From Takakia lepidozioides (taxonomy: Eukaryota > Plantae > Bryophyta), in contig CM060732.1 in NCBI GenBank assembly GCA_030704615.1, positions 20,026,001 through 20,090,000 on the forward strand: DNA of 64,000 bases. Reading direction: 5' to 3'. The position numbers were made by a program, and so were the translations under genes. Under the pieces are notes generated by a model. That model made no database searches and was not told the DNA's origin. It saw only the letters and a list, made by a program, of their open reading frames with translations. Within the stretch, counting starts at the first letter, position 1. Every line of letters starts with the position of its first letter. This document shows positions 13,101-26,689 of the stretch, piece by piece.

Positions 13101-16100
13101 AGCTGCCCAAGCTGAGTCTTCGGAGTTATGTCTCCATACCCAACCGTAGAAATCTGACAATGAGAAGTATACTTCTTATTTCCTAGAAGACATCTACTAC
13201 ACGTTTCTCCAACAGACAATACCACGTTCAGACCTTTCCCACATCCTAAGGATGACCGTCCATAGCTACTCAATAAACCCAGGAACATATGGAGCAGAAC
13301 AGAAATGTAATGGTACTTTATAACGTCCGCGAAAATTGTAGAACAGAACAAGTTGGAAAACCCGAAAATATCAACAAGACCAAAATGGCTGCTCAGGAAT
13401 ACTTAGAGATTGTACTCATAAGACGTTGCTTGCCATAGCCTTGCGGCCATAGGGCCCGTGCCCAGTTTGGGTGGAACTACACTACCTTTGTGAGGGGCTC
13501 ACTCCAGTAGTGGGAATTACCTTCATATTAACAATTAGTTTGGGCATTCCAGATTTCCTCTAGAAAGCCCTTCACACAAGCATCAATCTTCTGTGTGTGA
13601 GCTGCCCGGCAATTAGGGCCCAACAGGGCCAGGGCTTTAGGCTCAGCCTTGAGGTTTTGAAAGTTGGTGAACTGAGGTGCAGGGACTGTTCTTGATGGTC
13701 TTGAAGAGAGTTGCACTCTGATGAGAATACCCCAGACATTGTATCAGAGAATGGATATAGTCAGGAATACATATAGAATGTACTCATAAGACGTTGTTTG
13801 CCATAGCCTTGTGGCCATTGACTCGCACCCAGTTTGAGGGAACACAAAGGGACAGAAACTACCTTAATCCAGGGCTGACGCCAGTACTATGACTTACCTT
13901 GAAACATACAATTGGTCCGAGTTTTCAGACATCCTCTAGAAATCCCTTCACACAAACATCAATCTGCTGTGTGTGATTTGCCCAATAACTAGACCCCAAA
14001 AGGGCCTGGGCTTCTGGCTCAGCCTCGAGATTTTCGAAGTTGGTAAACAGAGGTACAGAAATGAAATGAAATGGTGCTTTATAACATACAGAAACAATTC
14101 CCTAGATGGATTTGAAGTGGGTGTCTCTCTGGTGAGAGTACCAAGGACAAAGAATGAGAAACTGGTTATTGTTTTCCGGTTGCCCACACAACGGGCAGTT
14201 GCATTCCTCCTTTCCTCTCTGCGTCTGTTTGCTGTTCAAAGATAGGCTTCCCGCCCTGCCAATTTCAGTCTAGTGTCGAGAGTGGGTAAAACCTTGAGGT
14301 CATCCATGATGGCCTCACCCGTGTCACAGACTGGAATGAGGAACACAAATAGAGGAAAAGGTAGAGGCATGCACACAGTGACAATAAGGAAGTAGAATGC
14401 GTCCCAAAAATTGATACAGCCTGTCTCGGGACATTGGTCTCGCTTTGACTTTGGAGCTGCATCATACTCCAACCACTGTATAATGCCTGCAACCAGAATA
14501 ACTGTCCCCAAGCCCACCATCAGTTTGTTCATATGCGTTAATCAGATCACTTCAACATGAGAAGAATTAAACAATGTGCACGTTTGTGTCTACCATGTCA
14601 AACCTCTTGAATGCTTCACCAATTCCAAGGCCCAAACCATCACATGAATGTAACATAAAAGCAAATTGCTTTGCGGTTTTCTAACTCAACTTTGACTGCT
14701 TGAACAAGGTTGTGATGCTTTGCAATCAGAAGCCACCTTGGGTACATGCTTTACCAGTTTGACAACACTTACCAGCACCAAAGGTTGAAACAACCAACAA
14801 TAATACTTGTTGAGTCACCGTGCTTCCGACAACTCCTATTTTGCTCATCAAAGAAAATGTCCTGCGAAAAAAAATTATGATTGAAATGTATGTGATACTT
14901 CCAATCTCCCAACCACATTACAACAATCCTAATTCGCAAATATACACAGCTGATGTCCTAATTCATGTGTGAGTCATGTTGTTCATGAGTGTTTCTAAGG
15001 CTCTCCATATACAGATGCAGCCAAGTTACGAGACATTCCAAAGGGTGAGATATCTTCCAACACCTACATAGGTTGATTCAGAACCAAACAAAACACGGAA
15101 AAATTTATGGTATTGAGCAAGGCTCCACCTGATTATACGCAAAAATTGCAAAAGACGAATAACGCTTCCCCCTTGTTTTATGACCCTGCAACCAGAAGTT
15201 GGTCAGAAATGAAATGAAATGGTGCTTTATAACGTCCGCGGAAAGCTCATAGAAAGAAACCCAGAGAAGTACAGGACCCCATTGCATCAAAATTTGCACC
15301 ATTCACCCTAGATAAACAATATCGAGGAAGAACGCCCTTCTGAATAAGCATCATTACACGTTGCCAAAATATCACCAACAATCTATGCGATATTCCCATC
15401 CATGCCTAACTTTATGTAGGACTCTCCTTTCGCACATGTCTATGACAGGTATGTGTCTTTCTAATTAGATTCATCGACCACCATCACCCGTTGACCCAGC
15501 TCCTGCATAGGCAACTTGGGAAGATCTGGCACACTGTGGATAGGGAGGTTAGCAAATGAAGACAACAAAATGACAAGAGTCTCAATCAATCCACAAGAAA
15601 CGTGGAGGAGAGCCATGAGCTGAAACACGTACTTGAAGAGAAAGATAATGGGTAGAGCACTTAATAAGTCAATCAAACCCCAGAATGAAAAGATGTAATG
15701 GAATCGCACTGGTTCGCTGCAGACATAGGGCATAATGTGAGTCGGCCATCCCTGTCTATTAAGTCCATCTCATATGTAGTTCAACCTCCAACCTCAAAAC
15801 TAATGGAGCTGTAGCTTTTGCTTACTAGTCCATGTGCAGATCATTCAACTACTTGGGTTAAGCCACCAGTCTGGTGTTACTTGTTGCTGACAAGTGTCGC
15901 AAAGCATTGGAGCCTGGCTTTCTATATGTGGGTGCTGCAAATGAGGAAACCACTATTATTCTTCATTCTCATATCCAGATAAGGAAAAGTCAAACCTGAG
16001 AAGCAGTTTTGTTACCTATAAACTCGCAATGCATAATCTGTAACAAACATAATGCTCACTATGTCCTGCGTTCGTGCCACCCAATTATGAGCGGGATTTC

Positions 16101-19100
16101 TGTTGTACCTGCTCATAGACAGCATAGCAGCAATGACCTTTCAACAATTATTCTGCCTGCTCTGTGGACGGTTTTTTCCCCCTCTACCTACTGTCAGTGG
16201 TTCTACTCTTTGTTCTGCTTGTGTCCCCCTTGGATCCTTTTGGCATCCTGCATCATAATAGATAAATTCCTTCCTTATTACTTATGCGGCCGTTACAAAG
16301 TACCATTTCATTTCTTTCATCCCTTGAGCAGTAGTTGCTTTTGGGCTGTTTTTTGGCTCTGGTTTTGTTTCCTCTCTCTTGTTTTTTCCATTTTGTCCCA
16401 TAAGCTCTTTGAGCTTTCTGCGGACGTTATAAAGTACCATTTCATTTCATTTAATTTCCCAAGCCTGTTACAGCTGTAAAGTAAAATCTTGCTATTTGGA
16501 ATTCTCATCTTGAAGTTCCATTGCTCCTGTAGCCCTTCCCGTTGACTTAATAGTTTTACCGGGTTTAGTGTGGAATTGGCATGGTGTTCCATAAATTATA
16601 CTAGGTAGCTCTGGGTCTTTCATGGATGTATTGCAAGTTCTTCTGTACAAGAGATACTACTGTCTTTGCAAAGACTGCAATTTTACCTCACAGGAAGGGA
16701 GGGTAAAATCTGGCAGCAGGATGGGAACCAATGTCTAAGACATCTGTGAATTCAGACACAGTACACTCCTGGATTCTCCTAAGCATTGAAGAGAAATGAA
16801 ATGAAATGGTGCTTTATAACGTCCGCCTAATCACCTCCAAACAGTAGCCTTGTTCAAAGCATGATGTGGTAGACATCTTACATCCCAATCTATCAAGTAT
16901 ACATCTAACCAACCTGTCAGGGACAATTGGGTATCTGCTCTTACGTCTCAGTCACTCACTACTATAAGCCTTCCTGACTATAACTCTATCTGCAAATTTG
17001 AGTCGGCTGCATATACACAAGAAAACATGGGTCAATGTACTTACGTTGAGTACACGTAGAGAACCCCTGACAAAAGAGCAAATATAAACTCCAGCTGCAG
17101 CCAACCAGGAAGAGAAGCATCTCAGATATCCATGTGGAAAATGTTACTCCTCGCAATTTGAACAATGTCTGACTTCATGAACATACAGTAAGAAATTCCT
17201 GTTTGGAGCTGCCCTGCAGGTGTACCCTGAGAGGTAGCTATTGAGCTCTTCTCCATGTTCCGGATAGACTGTAATGACCAACCCAACGACAATGTTTCAA
17301 AGCTGCTATGATGCTCTTTCGCCATGTTTAGGATAGATTGTAAATACCGAACCACTGAATGCTTCAAGCAATACATTCAGGTTAGGTATACATGGATAAG
17401 AGTGAAGAAGAGAAGAAGCTTAAGACCCCATCCACCTAAAAGATGAATTTCTCACCTAATTACTTTTCTTCTAACACGACTATGAACCGGCTGGTACTAA
17501 AATTCTCACATGATTGAGTTCATATCAGCAAACATCACTGCATCATTCATACCAGATAAGGTACCTGTAATTTCGAAAATTTTGAGTACTCGTACCAGCT
17601 GGTATCACAAAATTGTTAAAGTGTGATACCAGTACTTGAATGGTATGAACAAATTCCAATACCAGCCAACACTGGTGAGGACCTTAAGGATAATCGGAAG
17701 GGCCTCCCTACCCTCGGCACTAGACTGAAATTTGACACTCAGGGCGGGGAGTCTACCTTTGAACAAGAAACAGATGCAGAGAGGAAAGGGAGATTGTCAA
17801 TGCCCAATGTGCAGGCGGCCTGAAGACAATATCCATTTTCCAATGTCCAGGGTATTCTCGTAAGAGACCCACACTCGTCAGGACCATCAAGAACCTAGTC
17901 CCTGCACCTCTGTTCACCAATCTCCATCGAGGCTGAGACTAAAGCCCTTGGCCTGTTGGGGTCTGATTGCTGGGCAGCTCAAACACAGCATATTAATGCT
18001 TTTGTGTCTAGAGCAAATCAATTGCTTGTACCAAAGTCGGCAAACAATGTCTCATGACTACATTCTATAACTGCAAGTGAGGCATGTAGCAGTGTTCAAG
18101 TCCAATGCTTCCATGCAGCAGTAAGATTATAGTGGACCAGAGATACATCTCCATCCTCCCCCAAGAGTCTAAAGTATCTAAGAGGAGATTAAGCTCATCT
18201 TCCAGTAGACATGTGCATATCTTTATGGCTTACCCGACCTTCAGCTAACCATGATCCCATGTGATCATCACCTATCCCATGTTCATCATCTAGGTGTCAT
18301 GAGCGATCCTATGTGAAAAAACAGCGCAGATGTCATGTGTACCCTGCTGTTCAAACTATGAAGGTGCAGCCCACTGGTGGATGATGGCTGGGAAGGCAAC
18401 TGTGCCTCGTGCTGGAACTGAGAAAGTGAAATTTACGGTGTTGGTGTGAGGTCACCAATGGAGCTCTGCACGTCATGTTCATGAGACTCTGCAAGAATTT
18501 GCCAAAGTAATTCAGGTAGATTGTCTACCAAGCAGATCTCTGCTTAACTGAAAAATCTTAGCCATGAAGGGATTGAGTTGGACAGTGCAAGAACCTTCCT
18601 TCGTTTGAATCAGAAGCTCTTATATCATCCAAGTGAAGGACCTCCCCATTGGATCAGGCCCCAAAAAGGCTGTTGTTTCACTGGGAGCTCACTCCATGCA
18701 GCTATGGTGATAGTTTGCACTATCTACAAACGCCCTAGGCAATGGAAGGGCATTGACAACCAGAGACTCGCCAGGTAACATGCACTGGACACGGAACCTG
18801 ACAACAGAGGGAATACTATTTTCAGTGCTTGATCCTTACAAGAGATGTAAAGCTTATCCTCATAGAATCTAGACAACAGAATAGGCAGTAGATTTTCCTA
18901 CTGACGTGTACATAGACAAATCCATATGTAACCGCACCCTTATTCTAGTGTGTAGCACCACAGTGATGAAGGGTGGGAGTGTACATACGACATGCCACAA
19001 GTAGCCAATGAACCCAGACCGGAGACCTGCTCGTATTTTCACAGCATATGGTACTCTGCCAAAGAGGAAGGACTCATGGTAGGTCTGCAGAACGTGCGCA

Positions 19101-19423
19101 CTTGCATCAATCTGCTTAAGACGATGCTGATTGTTCAACCTGGTGAATGTCCAGAGCAAGTCCTGAGCCTTCGACTGGATTTGTTCCCACGGGTGTGCGT
19201 TCCAGCTGTCGGCATGCCCCCGATTTCGCGTGGCTACAGCAGGCTGCCGGCGTTGAGAAATTGTCCTCTTGCTGTCCAAAGAACTGAAGGAGTCTGCCGG
19301 GGCCCTCTGTGGGCTGCAGTAACTGTCTGGTGCATTGAAAGACAAATCTGGAGGTCCTTGAAAAGATGTTCTAGCCCTTCCCGATCCATCGCTGCCTGTT
19401 TTGTTTTCCAGTCTGTAGAGCAT
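1120..19423 (-). CDS. Slo/BK-type (RCK-containing) potassium channel gene, at least 15 coding exons; 3' end not resolved; one in-frame TAG
   Basis: Manually spliced GT-AG exons, approximate: 19423-18989 (N-terminus), 17094-17045 (S1 LEFIFALLSGVLYVYST), 16108-16016 (S2), 15717-15632 (S3 WGLIDLLSALP), 15185-15129 (S4 IRLLQFLRIIR), 14862-14772, 14502-14374 (S5/pore helix FWDAFYFLIVT), 13153-13019 (TVGYGD filter, S6), 12237-12110 (YGGSF..YLIVAG), 11695-11644, 11422-11281 (FIQGSPMRQSDLERV), 10989-10805 (EDAAQILKALAV), 4318-4149 (CVVKGLYTFITNLF), 3115-3023, 2875-2080 and 1464-1120 (RCK2). The motif order matches Slo-family channels. Confidence 0.9.
4588..6803 (+). mobile_element. 5'-truncated non-LTR retrotransposon (family 1, RTE-like), with RT and C-terminal zinc finger
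   Basis: RT motifs KAGGPDGI, YKKGDREDPGNYRGITLL, QAGFR, FADD and YLG; internal deletion near 5400; CPLC..HFLIHC finger; target-site duplication (TSD) TCTATGTCTACACC at 4574-4587 and 6804-6817. Confidence 0.92.
6986..8781 (-). mobile_element. Family 1 LINE copy with APE endonuclease part and 3' end; RT deleted
   Basis: GDFNA, SIVDYI and TSDH endonuclease motifs (ORF 7600-8499) are joined to the same C-terminus as the 4588 copy; TSD TTAAGAAAGATAGAATG at 6969-6985 and 8782-8798. Confidence 0.92.
8974..9343 (+). mobile_element. Short 3' fragment of family 1 LINE
   Basis: Near-identical to 6435-6800; TSD TCTATCACAGTGACC at 8959-8973 and 9344-9358. Confidence 0.9.
9588..10200 (-). mobile_element. 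3' fragment of a second LINE family with a (CATTT)n tail
   Basis: LGRFRVGSHNLRIETGRW..RLCPAC..TEEHFFLYCPLYYEIR is a typical LINE C-terminal zinc-finger region; it ends in ..TTATAAAGCACCATTTCATTTCATTT. Confidence 0.8.
13405..14340 (-). mobile_element. Two adjacent diverged 3' fragments of family 1 LINE
   Basis: Both begin with TACTCATAAGACGTTG (about 13413 and 13781) and align to 6986-7520; the second has a ~30-bp family 2 tail inserted near 14058. Confidence 0.85.
17672..18068 (+). mobile_element. Degenerate 3' fragment of family 1 LINE
   Basis: KGLPTLGTRLKF motif; ends GGCAAACAATGTCTCATGACTACATTCTAT. Confidence 0.8.
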
Positions 19424-21545
19424 CCCACCTGTTGTCAAAGAACTCCAGCTCTCTCTCTCTCAAATGACTACTGGATCTAACAGAAGCCTATAGCTGGTAA
19501 AACCTCGTCAAGCATAGTAGCACTGGAACTTGGGACGTACTTCGTCCACGAAGAACTCAGTTGGAGCTTTTACCCAGGTGCTGCAAACATGGGTAAGTTA
19601 CGCCTGTGAGCCCCACGCTGCCACATTGGTGCAAGCAGGGCGAGCAGGCAAGAGAAAGAACTGCGACCAAAAGATGCATGTCACAATCAAGCCATCATGA
19701 AGTATATCTAGTATCTTGCTATGCGCAAATGACAAGGAGATGAAGCACACACATTTCGTTGCGAATTGGAGCGGGACGAGACATGATGGCGCACTGCAGC
19801 AAATGTCGCACGGGACCACGCTTTCCCGTTCATAGCCAGACACTCAGTAGCGTCATGGGAGTTCGACAGCGCTGGGAAGCAAGGACAGTGTCACTTCGTT
19901 ATTATGCTGTTAAATAGTGCAGTCTACACATCGACCGTCCTGCCCAGCCAGCCTTTGCTGTTCCTGTATCATCACTAAGTTATACCCTTGTATATCACCG
20001 CCTTCATGACAGACACTAAACACACAAGATCTGCGTAGCGAGTTCGCTTACGAACGAGTATGTACGAAGTACGAAGACCGAGAAGGTAGTTTATGTCTTC
20101 CACTTCATCTGCTCACTCACTCTTAGACAACAATTGCGTCCCAGCACCCACGAGAATCACGATCCCAAGTTTCACTATATTTTCCACCAGTGGGGCAGCG
20201 ATGGTGGACCGTGGGCCGTCTTCACCGAGCTACCTAGTAAATGCTAATCAGTGCACAAATCAGTATCTGGGTCCGGCAGTGGGAACAACCTCGTTGTCAA
20301 TCGTTCCAAGATGAAAGTTGGTCTTGTACATATCATGCACGCCATACATTACCTGTTGGTGTCGCAGGGGAGATGGATGCTGCGTAGGTAATCGAATTTC
20401 TGGCACGCATCAAAAACACCAACGTGAATGAATACAGCTCTGCAAGGCAAGCACGGACAGGGACACACGTTGGTATGTCCCTACACCAACAAAGTGTCAT
20501 GTCAAATAAAGCGTGGTCTTAGGTGCCGAGCCCCCATTAGTTGCCAGATTGCAGCGGTGGACGCGTAGAGAAAGTCAGCTGTCTGATGAGGGGCAGCTTT
20601 ACGTAAGGATTTGGATCAGCTCTCATCAGATCAGTAATGCACTAATAACTCCAAAATCTAGCCTGTTCATACAACCAAGAATCCTGGCACGTGATTCTCG
20701 ATATGAGCCTAACGTGGGAGTCATTCGCAATGTCAGGTAGAAATAGAGAGGTGGGACCTCTTGGGGGTCTAGAGTCATATATCGTTTGGGTGCCAACAAG
20801 GCCTGGGTCTTAGATTTGAGAGATGTGTAGGTACCGTAGTGCAAATGCTCCAAAGAACCGGGGTTCTCAATTGGGAGCCCTGTTGGTTGTGACAATGGCT
20901 GCAACATTGTCATCGGAACTCCCCAGCACTGTAACTGGTGGTGCTCTGTCGTCATGAAGTTTTCTCAGCTTAGAAACTTGTTCCCAGCTTGGATCCACGT
21001 CCACATCCACAACATACAATTCTACCAATCCTTAAAGAAGACAAAAGTACATTTGAAGGAAATAATTTGGGTTGCATGCTCCTGGGGTGTAGTGCATCTT
21101 TCTCATTGATCACTCTTCCCCACCAGGCCCGCTCTCTCCCTTCCAGATTAATGAATGCCTCGTGTATGGTGGAACGGATATGTAGATGTTTGGATTGCTT
21201 TTTCTTCGTATAAGGCTTTAAATGTGATCAGGCTTGTGGGGCGGGCATTTCATTTTCATAAGATAGTTCACTAGTTCAACTGTCAGATGTGCTTGGTTCT
21301 TCGGCCCACCCTCCGAAAGGGACGCCTGGGAGTCCATGTGTCTCGTCGCTGATCTCTCTGACTCTAGTATCGCTTCGGGTGGACCCCGGGGACCGGGATC
21401 ATGCCCCTCTCTTAGCTGGACCAATATCAGGATTCCCCCTAAATAACTTATGTATCGCCAGCTGGTTGGATGGATTTTATGTTTCGGCTTCTATGCCTTG
21501 CAGTCGAGTCAATCTGCCCCACCGGGCCCTATCCTACCGAATTTC

Positions 21546-21667
21546 GACCACCTTGTAAGATCAAAATCTGCACAGGCTGGGAGCATGCTGGCCTCCCCCA
21601 CTCTCAGCGACCACCTTGTAAGATCAAAATCTGCACCTGGGAGCATGCTGGCCTCCCCCACTCTCAG
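21546..21667. repeat. Tandem duplication, about 60 bp x 2
   Basis: CGACCACCTTGTAAGATCAAAATCTGCAC...CTCCCCCACTCTCAG occurs twice. Confidence 0.9.
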
Positions 21668-23189
21668 TGAAAAGCTGCAGGCCTGTCGAATGCTTTGTCA
21701 AGTCTTGACAGAAAAACATTCTATCTCTAGGGAGAAATCTATGACTAAACGCATCCAGCTAGTTAGCCAAAATATGATAGAGCTAAAGCCAGCAGAATCT
21801 TGGTTCACTATCCCATATCTCTGGATGGACATGCTAGCCTAATTGTAATCGCAGATCTCTGCAGACAGCTAAGGATGAAACCACGAAACTCCATCAAGGG
21901 TGCACTAATGGTCCCCATAGGGCAAGATATGTCAAAGTACTTTTTGCTTAAAGCTAAGCAACGGGAAGATGCTCATGCTACCCTCCCCTTTGTAAGGAAA
22001 AGGGGGCTGTTGTCAATGATTAAATGCCCATGTTTTCTTTTGTGGTTATCCACATGAGGACATATGAATTATTGGGAACAGCTGGTTGAAGGTAAGTTGG
22101 GCTTATGGTAGTACCCTTTGTGTGGCAAGTCATCAAATATCAAAAGAACTTATGTTCTCTAACTTATTGATGTCCACCAATTTAGTCCGGGAAATAATTT
22201 GAGATGAACCAGCCGGTGGCCCCGGAGTCATTCCTAGCACCCTAGCACCAACCGGCTATAAGTGGGTTGGGGAGTTGGTTGCTCCCCTTGGTGGTAACAA
22301 CCAATCAGTTTCCAAGGAAATTTCCTAAGGTTTCAATTATCATTCGGAAATTCCTCAAACCACTCGTCTAGCATGTAGCATGTAACTGCAAGGATGCCGG
22401 TTCTCCTGTTCGTTGGTGTCCATCTACATTAGCCTACCCTTTCTCCATATTTAGGACAAATAGGGCCTGTCCACCATAGGATTGGATGCCCACCTTCCTC
22501 GTTAATCCAATGCAAAAACAAAAATCGGAATTCACCATTGGATGTATGAGATTATAAAGTTTGATCCAGGGCCAATGCTGAAATTCAATAATTGAGCATG
22601 TCTTCCTCAAAATTTGTATGGAAAAATAAATCATGAAATGTTTTCCAAAATGGAAATAGGAGACAAGAACAGATTCCAGTGCATAATTGAGTGAAGCATA
22701 TCTCTGCAAAATTGCAGATGAAAAGAAGCAGATTTGATAGGACCTCTTTTGTACACAACTGGAATTGGTTAGGTGAGCTATGAACCATTTTGCTGGCTAT
22801 TCATATTTTGCCATGCAATAGCCACTGCACCTTTGCTAAAAGTAGAAAGCCATGCCCAACTATGGCACAACTGCCAAACTTTCGTACCACCTCTCAGGCT
22901 ATAAACTTTTCTAAATAAGAAATAATCAAATCCCTCTAACCAACTATAATTAGTGGCCTCATTTGGGAGTCTGTGCTTTTGTGGCCGGAATGGGCCAGCG
23001 CCATTGCAAGATAAACTAACAAGCGGCTAGTCGCGTAATAGCTCCACCCTAATTACTACAAAACTGAAATGCTACTGTTGGCGGTCCTGATAATAATGAA
23101 TTAAATGCAAGGAACAAATGCGAAAACATAAAATTAAATGTGGAATTGGAGGGATAAATTTGAAGAGAACTGAATATATCGGAATTCAA

Positions 23190-23455
23190 TGTGATAAAAC
23201 TGAAAGGAACTAAATATAATGGAAGTCACTCTGATAAAAATGAGAGAAAATGAATATAATAGAACTGAAGGGATAAATCTGAAGGGGACTGAATATAATA
23301 GAATTGTAGGGACAAATCTGAAGGGAACTGGATACAATAGAACTGTAGGGATAAACTTGAAGGGAACTGAATATAATAGAACTGTAGGGATAAATCTGAA
23401 GGGACTAAATATAATAGAACTGTAGGGATAAACTTGAAGGAACTGAATATAATAA
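23190..23455. repeat. 39-bp minisatellite, about 6 copies
   Basis: Unit approximately GAATATAATAGAACTGTAGGGATAAATCTGAAGGGAACT. Confidence 0.9.
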
Positions 23456-24849
23456 ATAGTCTCCGACAAATAATGATAATTGTGTACACGTTGCAAATTC
23501 TAAGACTATAATATTACCGCCGCCTTCCTCTTCCTAAATCTAGATCTAGAGCGGAGCTTTCTTTTGAGCCTTACAAAAGGAAGAGTATAGCTATTATTTT
23601 TTAGAGCATGCCTTCTGGTTTCAGGCTTCTAGTTCTTCTTCTGTTCACTCTTTAGTTTGACTGTTCCTTTCTGATATTGTCTCTCCATCTTATCTTAGCC
23701 TTGGCTTTAAGCTGTGTTTTTAGTGCTTGCCGCTATTGCTTCTTGTATGACTGTACCGGCATCATTTTTGGTACTGTCTCTACTGTTTTATTTTTTTTCT
23801 TAGCCTTGGTTACGAAGCTGCGTCTTCCTGATCAGCCTCTATGGCACCCACTATGAGGTTATCTTTTTCCTCTTTGTACTCTTTGGGCTTTTGCTCCTTG
23901 CAAATATATTCCATGGCTTCCATCCCCTTTCCTTAAATAGATTAAAAAATATAATATAATATAATATATCCATATTAATATTAAATTATATGTTTGGATC
24001 AATGAAACGGTGCTCCCATACTTGCTATATCTCATAGATATTGTACTAGAGAAATCTGGATTAGGAAATTAACTGAATTTCTGGAGAACCTGTAGAACAG
24101 TTGGCTGAAAATCTAGCTGTGAACTAAAAATCTAAAGTTTGCAAAACTGAAAACTGAAGTCTGTAAAACTGAAAGAGAAAAGAATGAACATATCAATAGT
24201 AGGTTGCACATTATTGTCAAAGTAGTTAGAGAAATCTGAGATTTTTTTTTTAAAATAGATTTCTGAAGGACTGGCTGAAAATCTTGTTGTGAACTAAAAA
24301 TCGGAAGTTTGCAAAACTAAAAACTAAAGTATGTAAAAACACAGCAGCTTGCAAAATATTGTCAAAGTAGTCAAATATTGCAACCAAAAATCGCAAACAA
24401 TTCACAAAAGTGGATGGATTTTAGTTTGGATGTTTGAATTTTAGTAATCTTTTTTTTAAGAATTATTTATAATTTTTTGTTGCAATGTATGACTATGTCG
24501 TGCACCTAAGCATCGTGCCACAACATAGATCGCTGTCCACCACACATTCTAAGCATACAATCCTAGAAAATTATGCCACAATCGCCTCCCTAGCTGGTGA
24601 TTAGGTCCCTCTAACACCGGATAGCCGACAAGTATCCATCTCAATAAGATCATCGTTTGGTCTTCAATCACACAAGTCCCAGCATCTAAAATCAATAGAT
24701 CAAGAGGCCGGGTGCAAAAGTAGCCCCATCATTAGTCGCCTTCCTGCAATCCATGATCTTCAGTTGAGTATCCATGGCATTGAAGCCCCACTAGCTAGAC
24801 CTTTGATCACTTGTCAGCCTCACCATTGCTATACCCACTATCTCTGTCC

Positions 24850-25800
24850 AAGGCATCGTGGACACAACCACTCTCCGCTATGAACCTCCTCAAGTGGCGG
24901 TGTTAAACATCCCATGTGTTACCCCCTTGAGCATTTGTCACACACCAATATGTTTGCGGCACCACCAGCATGCCCACATAGCATGCAACGCAACCCTGCA
25001 GGTACCACTGCAAGGTTGGGATCTATCCTCCCATCCACATGTGGGAGGTGACATGACACACAATTGCGCACATGATCCTTCCATACCATGTCATCTCGAC
25101 CTTCCAGAATCAACACTCCTGAAGACAATACCTCCCTGACCCTTAGAATCACACGTGACCCTACTGTGACATTGGCGCTGTCTGCTGCAGATACACATAG
25201 TCCCCAGGGTTGAATCTCCGAACACCCGGTCGATATCCGCCTCCACGTATGGTGGCATACCTCAATGTGTCTCGGTGTTGGGCAATAGTAAGGTTCTCAA
25301 AAGCCATAGGCATGACTCTCTTGAACAACTCTGCCCGTTGGGCATGCTTGTGTCCACAAATCCGGATCATTAAGGTTGATGACTACTGCAGCCTCCCTGC
25401 GAATAGATGCAGGCAAATCTGGCTCTTGGCCGAAGAGAAGAAAGTAAGGTGAAAACGAGGCAAGTGATGTTTGCTTGCTAAATCTGTAGTCCATGGCCAA
25501 CCAAGGTAGCTGAAGGTCTCAATCCCCTAAGTGTCCCTTCTGCAAGCCATACTTGCGCAAGCCTCTCTTGACTGTCTGAACAACTCTCTCCGCTAAGCCA
25601 TCAGCCTCGGGATGATCCCGAGAAGTAGTGCGGTGGTCTATCAAAGCTTGCTCACACAAAGCCTGAAACTTCCCCAAGAACTTTATCCCCTGGTCCGTGA
25701 GTACCTCGGCTGGAGCACCAAATTGGCTAAGCACTCGATCTAAGAATGCATACGCAGCCCCCTCACTTGCTTTGTCAGGCAATGCCACCAGTTCAATCCA
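24850..25800 (-). mobile_element. Ty3/Gypsy integrase C-terminal remnant followed by a PHD finger
   Basis: FGAPAEVLTDQG..F, HPEADGLAERVVQTVKRGL, SPYFLLFG and FNPGDYVYL; then CMLC..[32 protein letters not shown]. Contains stops. Confidence 0.88.
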
Positions 25801-26200
25801 CACTACAACATATGCACGTTTTTATGACTGCACAAATGACTATTTTTTCAGTCTTATATGCGTTCATGACTACATCACTCTATAGTGAAAAAAACTCTGT
25901 CATAGCAACTAGTCTTTAGGACTGCATTTTGCAAGTCATAGCCGTGACTGCGTGCGTGGCACCTGGAGTCATGCATAAGAGAGTGATGTAGTTACAACTC
26001 TATGACTTACATACGACTAACTATATGACTACATTGTCTAATGAGCGTTGCCTACATGGAGAGGCTTTAGAGGAACACGTGCACCACTGCGCAAGCGACA
26101 CGTCACGACACATGTTGCACTTCAGATGTGACATGTGGCATTTAGACATAATATATGACTAGCATATATAGAAGGGTTTATGCCACGTGTCATCAAGAAT
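25801..26200 (+). mobile_element. CACTA (En/Spm) terminus with subterminal ATGACT/AGTCAT repeats
   Basis: CACTACAA starts exactly where the integrase frame is cut, followed by many ATGACT-type motifs in both orientations. Confidence 0.7.
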
Positions 26201-26689
26201 GTCTCTGAAAATAATTTAATAGTTATATTTGTAATTTTAAATTCTTAAATTTTTATTTTATTTTTGAAAACATGGGATAGCAGCTTGGAATTTTTTATTA
26301 AATGGTATTATTGTTTAATTTAATAATGTTATATAAAATAAAAATATATTAAATGATTTAAATTCTTCATTATATGGTGAAATTCTGATATAAAAACAGA
26401 ATGGACCCCTCTTGCATACTAGCAACCACAAGGACATTCAAAATAGACAAGTACAGGGAAATACACGCCCTGTAAATTATATTACAAAAATCCAAATGAG
26501 ACCAATGTCCCAATGGACACCTCAAAGGCCACAAGGTCCAAAAATCCATGCCTGAAAAGGTCCAGTAAGCAAAAAATAAGCAAGCCCACACATGGGCTGA
26601 ATTGTTGTAATACTAGTTTGTTCTGGTGCTACTAGAATCAAGGACCCTGTTAAACAGTGCAATACTTACGGCCGATTTGATAAGAGGAA

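Noticed and set aside
21990-22030. Possible polypurine tract followed by an LTR start (AAAAGGGGGCTGTTG)
   Set aside because: No second LTR or recognisable retroelement coding sequence found.
23134-23496. Repetitive ORFs on both strands
   Set aside because: Produced by the 39-bp minisatellite.
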